From Auanema rhodensis (Eukaryota; Animalia; Nematoda), in the NCBI GenBank assembly GCA_964057225.1, contig OZ059896.1, positions 13,640,001 through 13,704,000 of the forward strand: a stretch of DNA of 64,000 nt. Reading direction: 5' to 3'. The position numbers and the translations under genes were made by a program. Under the pieces are notes generated by a model that ran no database searches, was not told the origin of the DNA, and worked only from the letters and a program-made list of their open reading frames with translations. This document shows positions 47,314 to 61,643 of the stretch, one piece after another. The stretch's first letter is position 1. Each line of letters begins with the position of its first letter.

Positions 47314-50300
47314 TTAATCATCAATACAGTTACTATTATCACGTCTTCGATTAAATGATGATGGTCTCATCATTGGAGTCATTGAACGTCTCTGTCTGTT
47401 TGAGACTTTTCTTTCAAGAAATGCTCGTTTATCTTCAGATAAAGGGCTTGAAGACGGTGAATTATCTCGTGAATAATCACCCATAGTTAAACGTGATTCT
47501 CTCTAGAATTTGATTCTTATTAGTAATTGTGTGGAATTGTATAGAAAACCTTAAAAGCTTCTCGTCGGTAATGTTCTTGCTTAGCAGTTTCTACTCTAAT
47601 CCAATGAGGTATATCAGGTACAGCAAAATCAATGATAAGTTTAGACGTTAATATGAAATGTTCTAATAAAACTACTATAAGAATCTGAAAATAAACAAAA
47701 TATTTATAATTAATTTCAGAATAAATTTGTTTACCTGACCACCCCAATTGAGATCAGGCCAAATACGCTGAACTAAACCTGATTGGCCAATTAATGCACA
47801 ATTCACTATAACTCCTACCATTCCAAGCAACTAAAATACATTTTTTACATTTTTTTCTACAAAATATTAAGAATTGATTTACCTCCATAGCTTTTTGCCA
47901 TGCTCCAATGTCACGTACTTGTCTACCGAATGGCCTCTGAACCGTGTTACAAAGTTTAAAAGCATCAACTCGTATTTCAATCAAATTATTAATCAAAGCA
48001 CAAAAAGCTGCTAATGGAAATGCCGGAGAAAACAGTAATACGTATCCAAACTAAAAAGAGAATAAAGTCAAAATATCTATTAAAATGATTTTTTTCAAAG
48101 CTTTGTTGTTTTTCGACTCAATATCTCTCAAAATGTTTAAATTTTAAATGTATTCGTCTTTGAAAAAAATTTTTAATGAATATTTTTATTAAAAAATTGT
48201 TTTTAGAAATTGAATTGGAAACAAATGATTTTTGAATAGATCATTAATGCTTTTGCCATATCATGAAACTTTATTTAGTACGGTATATACCGTATCAGGA
48301 ATGATATATTCAGTTAATTTTTAAAGAAAATAATTATTTTCACCTGAATAAACATTTCCAAATAATCATCAAGAGGTCTTGCATATACTGACATTAAGCT
48401 TTCCAATTCGGCTTGCCCCAGCTCCAAACCTTCAGAAACAAAATCATTTAAATCAAAACCTAAATGATGTTTTACCTTTTGTTGTTGAATCTGGACAAAA
48501 TTCTGGAATTGGTAAGCGTGGTGATCGTAATTGAAAATTGTCAGAAGATCTTGTTGGATAATTCTAAATAAATTATTTTCCACCAACCGCTCTTTATAAA
48601 AATTTGAAAGAAAATGATTGCACGTCATATCCTAACTTTAAACTTACGCTAAGTAAATGAAGTTCATTATGAGTTCCAACCATTCTTCGTTGTGAAAAAC
48701 GACGTCTAATTTCAGAAGTAGGTGATCCAATATTGAAAGTTGGAGAAGTTGGAGGAGAAAACTGAAAAAATAATTTCAATGAAGAAATGATCTCTTATAT
48801 ATCCAATATATATACCTCTTCTGTACTACTAAAACTTTCACGTTTTTTCTTAACTTCTTCAACATGTCGTCGAAGTGTTTCATCACTCATACTTCTTGTC
48901 ATTTTATATGTTAATCGACTTAATTTTAATTTTTCAATTACAAAAGGAACAGCAGTTTCCATAACATTTTGAGTTACTTGTCTAGTAATAAGTAATGTGG
49001 CCAAAGTCTAAATAGACAAAAGGTTAAAATTTTTAATTTAAAATGAGAAATACCTCTTGTAAACGTTTCATATCTCTTAGATAAAATGCTATATAGAAAA
49101 GAGAACCAAATGCTGTTACAAATTGAAAAAGAACAATCTTTGTTATAAGAAAATTTTCATATTCATCATCTGTTCGATAATTTTCTGAAAATTTAAATAC
49201 ATTTTTCTTCTAAAAAAATAATTATTTACCTAAATCATTGAGATATAAGGCTAATAAACGATAAAGTTTATCACTTATTACTATCATTAAAGCATAAATA
49301 ATCATTGGAAGATAGCATAATCCTTTTAAAAAGAATGACGATCCAAAATAACTTAAATAAATAATTTAATTTATAAAATAATTTCATATAGTTGAAACTT
49401 ACTAATCAAATACATCTTGTATTACAAAAATCAACAGCATTGCCATAAACATACAGAAAACACAAAATATCGTTAACGGATATGTCACTCCTGAAACAAT
49501 ACTTAGAATAATGCTTTATACTAATTTTGAATTACCGTATCTGATTACAGCATGCTTCCATGCAGGATAAAATGGTTCCATTCGTCCTGATACAGGATTA
49601 GGTGCCAAGTAATCTCCCTGAATTCGTAAATATCAAGAATCTGATTAATGATCAACTATTAACCTGAAAAGCCGGTCTTGGATCTTGTAAATAGGAATCA
49701 GAATTTGAATCAAAAGTTCCCCATTTGAATGAGAGTTCAGCTTGTTTTCTTTTCCATGATTCCAAATAAGCTGTTGACCAAACACAATTGAAAAAAGCAA
49801 ATGCTACAAAGAAAATATCTGACCAAAGCTGAAATAATTAACTCAAAACTAGAGAAATTTAAATATAGTAAGAGTACTTGATCAGGTTGTGGATGAGCAT
49901 TATGATGTTCATTCTTATGATATTTGAATCCTCCAAAGAAAAACATTAACACGCCTTAAATATAAAGTTTGAATAATGTTTTTATGCTCAAATGATTAAA
50001 ACCCAAAATAGCTGGAAACCAAAGAGCTGTTGTCATATGCCCTAACCATGCAAAATACATTCCAATTTCGGTTCCAAAATAATCTTTTATCATATCAATT
50101 GGTTGTTCACCTAAATATTTTTTTTTAATTGAATAGTATTATATATAATTTACCAAATGATAATACCCATTGTTGTTGTAAATGTTTAAGAAAATCAGAA
50201 TTATGAAGAGGTAATACATTCTCAACAATATCATTTGATATAAGACGTGATACTGAAATATTTTTTAATATATTAATCAATTTCAAATTATTCTATATAC

Positions 50301-51493
50301 CTATTCCCATTCCTTCTCCAATAATTATTGTTTTATCAGCTAATTTCAATGTTATTCCACCAGCTGGAGCTCTTATCATATCAATCATCTGTTTTACTAT
50401 AAATTACATTCTTTAAATTAAAATCTTAGGTAATAAGCTATTTCATTTACCAATCAGAGCTCGTTCCATTCCCGTCAGAAATGTATTTCGTCCTTCAACT
50501 CCGGTAAAGAATTGAGCATCTTCGAAACAAAATTCTCTTAAACCTCCTCCAAATTTATTTTTTATTGTTTTTTTAATATGACATAATTCAGCTCCTTTTA
50601 GTAAACTTGAAATATTTAATTTATATAATAATTATAATATTTATACCTTTTATAATCTGCTGTAATATAAAGTGCATAACAATCTTTAAGTAAATGATGT
50701 CTAACTTGTATTTTTATATTTGGCTCATATTTTTTTATCTGAAATAAAATACAATTTAATTATTTAAATTTTAAACTTTTGAATATAACTATTCTAAACA
50801 TTCTCCACTCTTCATGAATACAAAATTTAATATTTTTTAGATCAAAGCTAGATAAGACATATAAGTCAACAAAGTTAACAAAGTAAGTTTTAAGTTAACT
50901 TAATGATCAGATGAGAAGAACCTATTAAAGTGTTCTCTATCACATCTGATACAGGATGCTTTCTAGCTTTATTATATGCTCTAATCAATAAAATTCTCAT
51001 CAAAAAACTTAATAATCATGTGAAGCATAGTACAATTAATATTTTTTTATATAAGTTTAAACTTTACAATATCGATCAGTTGAAGTGTTGCTTCTTTCAT
51101 TTGGTCTGGATTGTTTATACTCGTTTTCATTGTGATTAATAGATCACAGTGAGCAGTAACAGTTGCGTATCTGAAATATTATTTCAATTTTTATTTGTAA
51201 ATTTGAAGTTTTAGTACTACCAAGTTCATTTTTTGCAAAAACTAGTATATTCAAACGTAATGCTTAAACTTAAAGCTTAAGGTTCATGTAAACTCTTTGT
51301 GCAATCATAAGAAACTGATTTTACTTTTCTTCTTGAACTTGTTTGAAAGTTGAACTTCCTTGTTGTTCAGTCAAACAACAAAATCTTTAAAATAGAATTC
51401 ATGTAATTACCTCCAAAGATCGCTGCTAAGAGCAAAACGTTGTCCTTCAACAATTCCATCTTGTATCAAATTTTCAAATTTTTGACGAATCAT
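47314..51493 (-). CDS. anoh-2: Anoctamin (ANO8/ANO10-like), multi-exon; start approximate
   Basis: [81 protein letters not shown]...IGAWQ. Confidence 0.92.
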
Positions 51494-52780
51494 AATATTT
51501 CCATTTACAAAGTGTTTTATCACAAATCTTTAAAATAAAATATATTTCCTGAGAAAAAAAATAAATCTGTAGTAGGAGAAAGATTTTAAAATAATTCAGC
51601 TAGTCAGTCAAGAGACAGGAAAACCAAGAAAAATAGAGATGAATATGGTGAAAAAACCTTATTTGGCGATTTAGTCATATATGAGTTGATGTGAAAAGAA
51701 AACAACAAAAACATAGCTACCACAAATATTCTATATATGTATATATGTAATATTCTATGTTATATGTTATAGTAAAAATAGAAATATCATAATATTTCTA
51801 GAAAATAAATAACTTTTTTTAATGAAAATCAAAGTTTATGTTGTATGTCGAGACATATTTTATAGAAATAATAATATTATTAACTGCAAACAGCTATTGA
51901 GTGGATGAATCATGCAGAAGATCAATAGCATTCGTTATTTCTCAACCAGAACTATATAATTGTGCTCGTTTCCGGCTTCATAAGACTGTTTATGACATGC
52001 TTTTCCGAGCATTTAACACACAAAAAAAATTTAAAAATCATGTAATACGAAGTTAAACTTTGTTTTGAAGAAGACCAATCGAGAGATACTTGGTCGAGGC
52101 GAGGTCTAAGGCTAATTATGGTTGAGAGTATGTGGCAATGCTGGTGGTAGTGTGGCACACGCTCTTCCATATCGATCGCAAGTGGCGACACAACATCTGC
52201 CATGTATATGAACATAAAAGGAATATTGTATAAGAAAAAAAGACTTTGAAAAAAATTCCAATCTTCTACTGTTGAGAGGGAAAAAAGGTGGAAAACTGAA
52301 AGTATCGAAAAATTCGGACCAATTGGCAGAGCAGTCATCGGAAACACATGTGTAATGTTGATTAGAACTTCCTACGAGCACTGAAGTTCAATATTTTGTT
52401 GTTTCGGTTCATTGTCAACTTGTATTCTAACATTAAATGTTTCATAAGAATCAGAAAAAAATATAAATGTATATCACAAATTACTACATCAATTATCTAG
52501 TAGATACACGGACTAAATAAAGAATATGAAGCATTGTTTTCTAAGAAAAAACTCCACAGATGAGAAATAAGGCTACTGCTATTGGGTGAATGCAAATGTT
52601 TACAAATAATTTTCATTATTATATAATAACAGTGATAAGTGCTGGAAGCCAAGATCAAAAAGAGGTTACTAGATTACGGTAATAAGTTAGATATGAATAT
52701 ATTTCAATATAAATAATTTCGAATGAAGCATGCATACAGATTTCAAGGAAAAACAGAAAATAAATAAGAATAAGTAACGA

Positions 52781-53416
52781 TTATGCTGTGTTACCTCGAG
52801 CATTATCTACTTGATCAATTGGCTGGCTTGTCGATGTACCCAATAAATTAATTTCAATCTGTAAAATTTTAACTAAAAAAACAAAAATTAATGATAAACT
52901 TACAACTCGTAATCCTCGTACCATAGGGGAGGCAATATAAACATCATTAGGTTTATAAATATCTCTATTCTGTCTTTCAATGAATTCAGCTAACTCCGCA
53001 ATTTTCTTCTCATAAACAGTTGAAGTAAAAATCCTGCTAATATAGCATGTGGCACAGCCAATGATTGTTTCCAGGAAAGAGGACCATCCAACCTGTGTAT
53101 AAGACACTTATAAATATAATTCGTTTAACACAAATACCTTCTCTGCTTCTTCAAAAATATTATTTATTGTGGTAATAGTGTTCTCCCATATGTCTTCAGT
53201 TATCTGAAATTAGTTAACAAGATAATGACGATGTATTTCAATACAAAAACATACCGCTGTACCGTGAAATTTCAATGGATAAGATGTATCAAATTTTACG
53301 TTTAATCCTGTTGAATAATCACGTTGAACAAAAATTTTTTGGCATGAATCCAAGCTTAGCAGTCTAGTATCAGCCGTTTCCCCTTCTTTAATGAGGCTAG
53401 GGACAGGAAGAGGCAT
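52781..53416 (-). CDS. Golgin A7 / Erf4 family palmitoyltransferase subunit (4 exons)
   Basis: KIFVQRDYSTG..VKFDTSYP, TINKYFEEAEK, LETIIGCATCY, P..RGLRVIEI. Confidence 0.88.
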
Positions 53417-53951
53417 TGCCCTGCTTAATATAAAGGAAAATTAAATTCACAACTTAAAAAACAATCAATAATAACAAGTATTAACATTTTAGCTAACAAT
53501 AACCTGACATAGAGCATCAAATTGACAAGTCATATCGCGCGTCTGGCCAAAAATATAAAAAGTTTACTGCGTACAACATTCAGAAACCACTTACAGTAAC
53601 TCTCCACGAAATATATATTGTATTGTATTCTTATAAATTCAAGTAAAGGAATCATATTTATTGAACACAGTTGAATTATATACATTTGTATTATAGAACG
53701 TAATAAGACAAAGTGAAATACATATAAAAATTTTAAAAAATCATTGTCCTTGAACACTATAACTATGAATGAATATATTAGTATTTTGTATTCAATATAT
53801 TGAATAATGTATTTTTTCTTCTCTAAAAAAGAATTAAACCTATAATATTTTTGAAATCATACATCTTTTTTTTAATTCTATTCAGAAACAATATATACAT
53901 ATTTTGACAGATATAAAACAAAAGCATTCAATATATGTTTTGTATATATGC

Positions 53952-53965
53952 GTTGTCATGGTAAC
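53952..53965. promoter_or_regulatory. Canonical 14-bp X-box (RFX/DAF-19 site)
   Basis: GTTGTCATGGTAAC fits GTHNYY-AT-RRNAAC and lies ~150 bp upstream of the ATG at 54,115. Confidence 0.75.
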
Positions 53966-54114
53966 TAAGGGGAGGTTTAGCATTGAACTGCACTCCAGAC
54001 TTCTACATTTACTTTCACTATCAACACAGTTTTTCTTTTCTGTTTATTATTTTTTCATTTTGCATCTTATTCATTTTTTTTTAAATATTTTAGACTCATA
54101 ACATTATCTAGTTC

Positions 54115-57100
54115 ATGTCAAAGGAAAAATCTTTTTTTCTGGAGCCGCAACAGTTGCGTACTGCCTTGCTTTCATTTTCAACTTCAAAAGAGAAGATTGT
54201 TGATACAGCTCGTATAGTAGCAGCATACTATCTCGGATTTCCACTTTTTATCTTTGAAAATGAAAACGCTCGTTTTCCCTCCTTATTTCTTTGGACTCAA
54301 TATGCACAAGATGGTAAGCGATTTTCGATTAATTTAATACAAGTTCAAATAATCGTCAGAGTTGTTTCCTATTTTTTTTGAAATGTTTATATAAATAGTA
54401 ACTGAATTGAAAGAAATAATATTTTTCTCTGGAAAGCAAGAAAAACTTATAGTTAACACTATATATAGTAAACGATCATATTTTGAAATATCATTTAGGT
54501 CTTCCTAATGACGTCCAAGTTATATCTCGAGAATATTTTGCTTCAAAGCTTCCAATTGAGTACTCACCACGGTTTCCAATAATTCTTTTGAATTATTGTA
54601 ACTTAGAATTAGAATCAATACTCTATTCTGATCATTTCAACGATCGTAGAACTGCTCTTCTATTGAGGCTTTACATTGATAATCAGTTCAAGTATGTGAA
54701 TAATATTTTGTAAATTTTAAAATTTCATTTTACAGTCTGGGATTAGCAAATTCATATATAACGGATTTATTACATGTATCATTACCTAAATTCATTGCAT
54801 TATCAATGAATAATCTTTCATTTCTGAATAATTCTTTAGAAGCATTTATTGATTCTTTACTTGAATTAGATATAATATTAGTTAAAGATTATATGATTAT
54901 GTTAGAAAATGTCATAATTGAACGAATAGAATATCTTTTTTCTGAACTTCCTATACAAGCTTCATCAACTGAAAATGTATGTTTTATTTATGTTTATCAA
55001 CTATATGTATTATATTTGTTTTAGATACCTAGAGTGCCAGTGTATAGTACTCCAGAAAAAACTGATTTAGCAAAAGGAGAGGATAAAATTCACTTAGAAA
55101 TTCATATTTATATAAGAATGTTACTGGTTCTTTTACATAGATCAAATAGATTAACGTCAGAATTATCAAAAGCTATGATAATTATTTCAGAAAGTAGAGA
55201 AACAGTATGAATGGTTAGTAAATCATAATTATAAGTATATTTTCAGAAAAATTCAATACGAAATGCATATTCCATAATTGTACGATTAGTTCTTATTATA
55301 GTAACAATCATCTTTCGAGATTCGTTTAGTTTAGCAGTTGCAGAACAATGGGTAATCTTTAATATTTTTTTTTATTTTGCATATGCTTCACGTGTAAATA
55401 CATGAGCGTGAAAAGAATCACGTGAATACACGTGAATGTTCTCGACGCGTATACTCAGTATTTATATTTGATTGAACATAAAATCGGTTGATATTATTTA
55501 AATAATCTATCATAATTTATTCTTTTTCTTTACAGAGTGAATTGCCAGTAATAGCATTGAAATATAAATCGTTATTAAAGGATATATCTGAAGATAGTCA
55601 TATTCCATTTTCAAAGTAAATTTTTATTTCAATAACTTTACGATTTAAATTATATTATAGATGGTATTCCTTAGCAACTGATCAAGATATTGATCATCTT
55701 CATCTATTTTTTGAATGGGCACGTGAAAACTTTTCACCTGAGGTTTGTAGAATTGAATGATTAAGTAGTTTTCACATTTTTTCCAATTGAATTAAGCATT
55801 TGTTTGATTTTTCTAGGAAAAATTGATTAAAGTTTTATAATATTCTCGATTTTCAGTCAAAACTTCCTCCTCTTACCGTATTCACTCGTGATGTTTGGTG
55901 TCAAAGTTTATTAGAACGAGCTGACAATCAACGTCCCGAGAGTGCTCAGAATGATTGGATATCAGGTCTTCTTATTCATACGAATAAGGTATATATAGCA
56001 TGTAAAATATAACTATATTCATATATTAAGATTGATTATGAAACATATCATCAAATGATTTATATTTCTTCTAACTGGAAATCATTCTCTGTTCATGATT
56101 CATCGTTAATATCAATACGATTAGCTTTATCCCCATCTGATTTTTGCTCATCAAAACCAGCACCTCAACAAACTATTCGGTTAGTTAACGTTATAAATAG
56201 GATAAATTCATTTATTTCTAATTATTAGAAGAGTTGCGTCAGCACGAGAAGCTTTTCATAATGAGTATATGAATGATGATGATGATGATTATGCTGATGA
56301 TAAACTATTTACAACAAGAGATGATTTAGCTGCTTCTTATTCCAAACAAAGTCATATTATTCTTCGACAACAGATTGATGATCAGCGTAAAAAACAGAAA
56401 AAAGAAGCAAGATATATGAAAAACCTTCATCGTCATGGAATCATTGAGGTTTTATCATATCATGAAATATCCTATTATCCTTATTTACAGATGATGAATC
56501 ATCAAATGGATCTTGTTACTGAAATCAATAAGGAAAAACAATTTTTGGCTTCAATTGATCGAAACTCATTATCATCTCCATCTACATATTCTCGATCTAC
56601 ATCTTCTGGAACCAAAATATTAGATAAAGATGATGATCTATGGAGTAGTGGATTGATGAGTGGTAGAGCAGCAAATCAAAATGTATTTAGTAATTCATCA
56701 CACATTAACTCAAATAATGAAGAAAAATGCGATAAAAAGGTTTTTCTTTTTTCTTTTCAATAATTACTTATAAACATTTTTAGGAATCTGTTGATATGAC
56801 ATCAGGATGTGAAGTTGTTGATTTGGATTCTCCTTTGTTTAATTATAATGAAGTATGTTATTCAAAGGCCATAATAAGAAATATGAATTTTTTTACAGGT
56901 AGAAGCTGTTACGAATGCACTTCCATCTATTGAAAAATTAGACTTTTCAATTTTATCCCCACTTCCAACTATAAGAAATCGAACATCGTCTGTAACATCT
57001 TCAACTCAAACAACAAATTACGAAAAACATTTTAAAATGGAAGAGGTATTAAAGTATATTTTTCCATAAATAACTCAAAGTGCATGATATCAGGGGCACA

Positions 57101-57395
57101 TCAAAGAGAAGAATAAAGTTTTTCCAACTCTCCCTGACTGGATGAAGCTATTGCCTTTGGAGGAAAGAACCACAGATCGACCACAACTTTTCCAATGGGA
57201 CAGCAATGTTGATCACAGCAAGAAAAAGTTTGTTCTCAATTTCCTTATTATTTGAATATGAATTGAAATTCCAGAAATCTAACCGATCGAGGTATTCTAG
57301 TGTCACATGAAGTAAATTACAATCCAATGAGCCAACTTTCAACGCAACTGAATCGGGTTAATCTGTCGACCTATACTGATAAAGATACAATTTGA
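54115..57395 (+). CDS. Uncharacterised multi-exon protein (helical N-terminal half, low-complexity C-terminal half); candidate ciliary gene
   Basis: A chain of open exons joined by short GT-AG introns from MSKEKSFFLEP to ...YTDKDTI*. Family not recognised. Confidence 0.7.
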
Positions 57396-57635
57396 AAATT
57401 TGTTGTTAGTTTGTACTAGTTTAACATAAATCCTTTTTTTTGAATTGTAAGCGTCTTCAGGAAAATAAGTTTTCGGTTTTTAATTCTAATCAGACTTAGG
57501 GTCATACATATATATATGACTGTACTTGGGCAAGTTTCTGTTCAATTTTGTCTGATAAGGTTCGATTATGAACGTCTTATCCACATAGCAAAGCAGTCAT
57601 TGTGTTATCATCTTCGACACATTATAAGCCTTTCT

Positions 57636-58311
57636 ATGGAACTTTATAGTATCCTTATATTTTTTTCTATTTATTTCACTTCAGGTATCATTATCCTATT
57701 ATATTTTATAATATATATGTGTATTGTTTCAAGTGAATTCGTTAATTTGTCACACATGCTCTTCGGTAGAGTCTTGTATAACATCTCCACAAGATGTTGA
57801 ATGTCCTGATGGCATGAAATGTTATTCTGTTTCATGGGAAGGAGATGGTCTTTCTTTTCAAATTACAAATATTAAAATTCAGATTTAGTTTTTCATAAGG
57901 GTTGTGTCAACAAATGTACAGATTTAGTTTTTGGAGTTGGGACAAGTGTAGCATGTGCCATATGTACTTATGACAACTGTAATGGTAAGCTATAATGATT
58001 TCTAAAATGCATTTTTAATTATATTTTAGGAAAAGGTTCTAAACAACCACATTCAATTGAAGGTATTTTATAATTTCTCTAGGTAATCTTACTGAGCTAA
58101 AATATTTCAGAAATTGATGATGCTGATGGTTTGGATAGATTCTATTCGAGAGAAAGTATATTTCTTTTCTTTTTTTCTTTTAATATTTATATTTTTAGAA
58201 ATTAAAGTTATTTCAAAAAATTCAAGCTTCAAAAACAACAGCATAGTTTCAAGTTTCTATAATCTTGTTTTATTATCTTTACCTTTGATAATATTTCATG
58301 TAATAATGTAA
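57636..58311 (+). CDS. Ly6/uPAR-like (three-finger) Cys-rich, probably GPI-anchored protein
   Basis: Signal peptide, LICHTC...C...C...CYS...KGC...C...CAICTYDNCN, and a hydrophobic C-terminal tail. Confidence 0.7.
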
Positions 58312-58938
58312 ATGTTTGTTCATAGAATCTGTAACTTTTAATGATTTTATGTATGCTAAGGCAAAATATAACCTTGTATTAAATTATTTAATAAATGAAT
58401 ATAAATATTGATTTAGAATATTGAGATATAAACATGTTATCCAATTATATTCAAAAACTTTTATAACTTATTATGGCCTACAAATAATTTTAAAGTTTAA
58501 ACGGTATAATTATGTACATATCAGATGTTATGAAACAGTTCGAAATATACATATTTAAAAGCATTTCTCAAAAATATATATCAACAATAAAATAATGATT
58601 TTCCAGAGAACACATCTGAAGGAATGCAAAAAGATACTGAAACCAAAGTTTACAATTAGAATTTCAGCATTTTATCCCTTAGACTACTATTCAAATATTA
58701 CAATATTCCTTCAATTTAATTTAATGCTAAAGCGTTTTATTGATATTTGATGTAATCCATCAGTTTTTTAATAGTACATATAATTTTAAATGATAATTAA
58801 TATATATAACTTTTAAAATATATAAATAAAACTCAAAACTAAAATTAACAAAAAATTATTTAATACGTGATTTAGCGTTTTAAATTCTTTACGTATTTCC
58901 GAATATTTAAATTAATCTTGTTTAATGTTAGCTTAACT

Positions 58939-61455
58939 ATGGTACCTGACATCAAGGTAAGATTTTGTACTCCAATTTTTATAAATATAAAGTACTTAAA
59001 GATTGTACCCTTAGGAGCTGGCCAGGATGTAGGAAGATCTTGCATTTTGGTGTCTATAGGTGGCCGAAATGTAATGTTAGATTGTGGTATGCATATGGGT
59101 TACCAAGATGAAAGACGCTTTCCTGATTTTTCGTGCGTTTCTATATGTGTTAATTATCTAAGAAGAACTTTGCTCCAGATATATCGGTGGTGGTGGAAAT
59201 TTGAATGACTACTTGGATTGTGTTATTATTTCTCATTTCCATTTAGACCATTGTGGTTCTCTTCCTCATATGAGCGAAATAGTTGGCTTTGATGGCCCTA
59301 TTTTCATGACTCATCCCACGAAAGCTATTGCTCCTGTTCTTCTTGTACATAATTTCTTATTATCATATTTAATTTCATTACATTCAGGAAGATTATAGAA
59401 AAGTTCAAACTGAATTCCGAGGAGATACCAATTTCTTCACATCAGCTCATATTAAAGCTTGTATGAAAAAAGTATTTTTTTTCAATTTTCCTACTTTTAA
59501 AAATTAAAACATTCTTTAAGGTAGTCGCACTTAATCTTCATGAAACCTACGAAGTTGATAGTGAACTTTCAATTAGAGCTTTTTATGCTGGACATGTTCT
59601 GGGTGCTGCTATGTTTGAAGTTCGTGTTGGATCCCAAAGTGTTCTTTACACAGGTTTTTCTAATTTCGCATGATTTTCTCATGAAATTATTAACATAGGT
59701 GATTATAATATGACACCAGATCGACATCTGGGTGCCGCTCGAGTATTACCCGGCTTGAAGCCTGATGTTTTAATTTCTGAATCTACATATGCTACAACAA
59801 TTCGTGATTCAAAAAGAGCAAGAGAAAGAGATTTTTTGAAAAAGATTCACGATAGAGTTCAGAGTGGGGGAAAAGTAAGTTTGTAATCTAAGTTTTTGTG
59901 AAAGTTTATAAATTCTTCAGGTGCTGATTCCAGTTTTTGCACTGGGAAGAGCTCAAGAGTTATGTATATTACTAGAATCATATTGGGAACGTATGGATTT
60001 GAAAGTTCCTATCTATTTTTCTCAAGGATTAGCAGAGAGAGCAAATCAGGTTTATATCAAATAAATATAATATTTAAAATAGTTGTTTTAGTACTATAGG
60101 CTATTTATCAATTGGACAAATGAAAAAATTAAACACACCTTTGTTGAAAGAAATATGTTTGATTTTACTCATATTAAGCCAATGGAGAAAAATTATGAAG
60201 ATCTACCTGGAGCTATGGTACTTTTCTCCACACCAGGTAAATTATTTTTTGTTTTATTTATTTTTTCTATTGCTTCTGTTTTAGGTATGCTTCACGGTGG
60301 ACAATCGTTAAAAGTTTTCAAAAAATGGTGTGGTGATTCAAAAAATATGATTATTATGCCAGGTGATTCATCTTTTTCGTGTTTCATCTAAAAGCTTTCC
60401 TTTCAAGGATTCTGTGTTGCTGGAACTGTTGGAGCTAAAGTTATCGGTGGAATGAAGAAGATTGAAATTGAAAACAAAATGGTTTGTATATCTTTAGCTT
60501 ATCCAGTTGTTCCCTTTTATAGTATGAAATTAATCTTGGAGTTGAGTATATGTCCTTCAGTGCTCATGCTGATGCTAAGGGAATCATGCAGGTTTTTAAT
60601 GCTTTATATGTTTTGCCTCATTATGTTTTAAAGTTAATACGTGATTGCTCACCCCGGAGTGTAATGTTTGTACATGGAGAAGCAGCCAAAATGGAGTTCT
60701 TAAAAGAAAAAGTTATTAAGGTTTGTTGACTTTAATGTACTTTTGAAGTGAACTTTGGTTATAGGAGTTCAATCTACCTGTTTATATGCCTGCTAATGGT
60801 GAAACTGTTAGTATTCCTGGTATAGCTTCTGTTGACATTGATGTAAGACCATATATATATGGTTACCAAAGAATGTTTAATTCTGTTTCAGGTCCCGTGG
60901 GATATCATACAGAGAAGCATTGAATTAGATCCAACACCTGCAAAAAAACATTGTCCGTTTTCAGCTTGTTTATTAGTTGATAAGCAGGTAGGTAGTCTAT
61001 CAATATCTATCAGTATTATTTCTTTATTAATAACAATCTGTCTCTTATAAATTATTTTGCTAGACGGGTCCCGAAGTGGTTACATGTGAAAGTGCCGCTA
61101 AAAAATTGAATTTACCATTACATTATATATCGTTTTCCCATACGATACCGTGTAAAAAGTCTCTGCAATGGGAAAAAATGCTTGAGAAATTAATGGTTTT
61201 AGATCATAAAGCTCAGTTAAAGCAGGTATGTTAACACTTATAATACTTTATAAAGTTGTAATAAATGATTTAGGATGGTATTGAGATGTTCCATGGAGAA
61301 GTAGCTATTATGCGAGTATCAAAGAATAGAGCAGAGGTATACATTTTTTCTTTCCTTTTCTCTCACACATGTTGTAGATTGAATTGATCTGGGATGAATG
61401 TAGAGAAGCATGGCAGCCCCAGATTCTATCGATTATCGAAGAAACCATGAAGTAA
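58939..61455 (+). CDS. ints-11: Integrator complex subunit 11 (CPSF3L, metallo-beta-lactamase/beta-CASP)
   Basis: [83 protein letters not shown]. Confidence 0.96.
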
Positions 61456-61643
61456 GCACGATCTATAATAATATTGATCTCAATGTAAAAACAAAGCCGG
61501 TGATCGATAAATTTTAAATTTTAGTACTTTTCAATAAATTTCTAATGTTGTTTATTTATTTCATTTCTAATATTTTGTTGTTTAAACGATATAATACTTA
61601 TTGTTGTTTGTTTGCTCATTTTCGAGTATCTATTTCATTTAGC

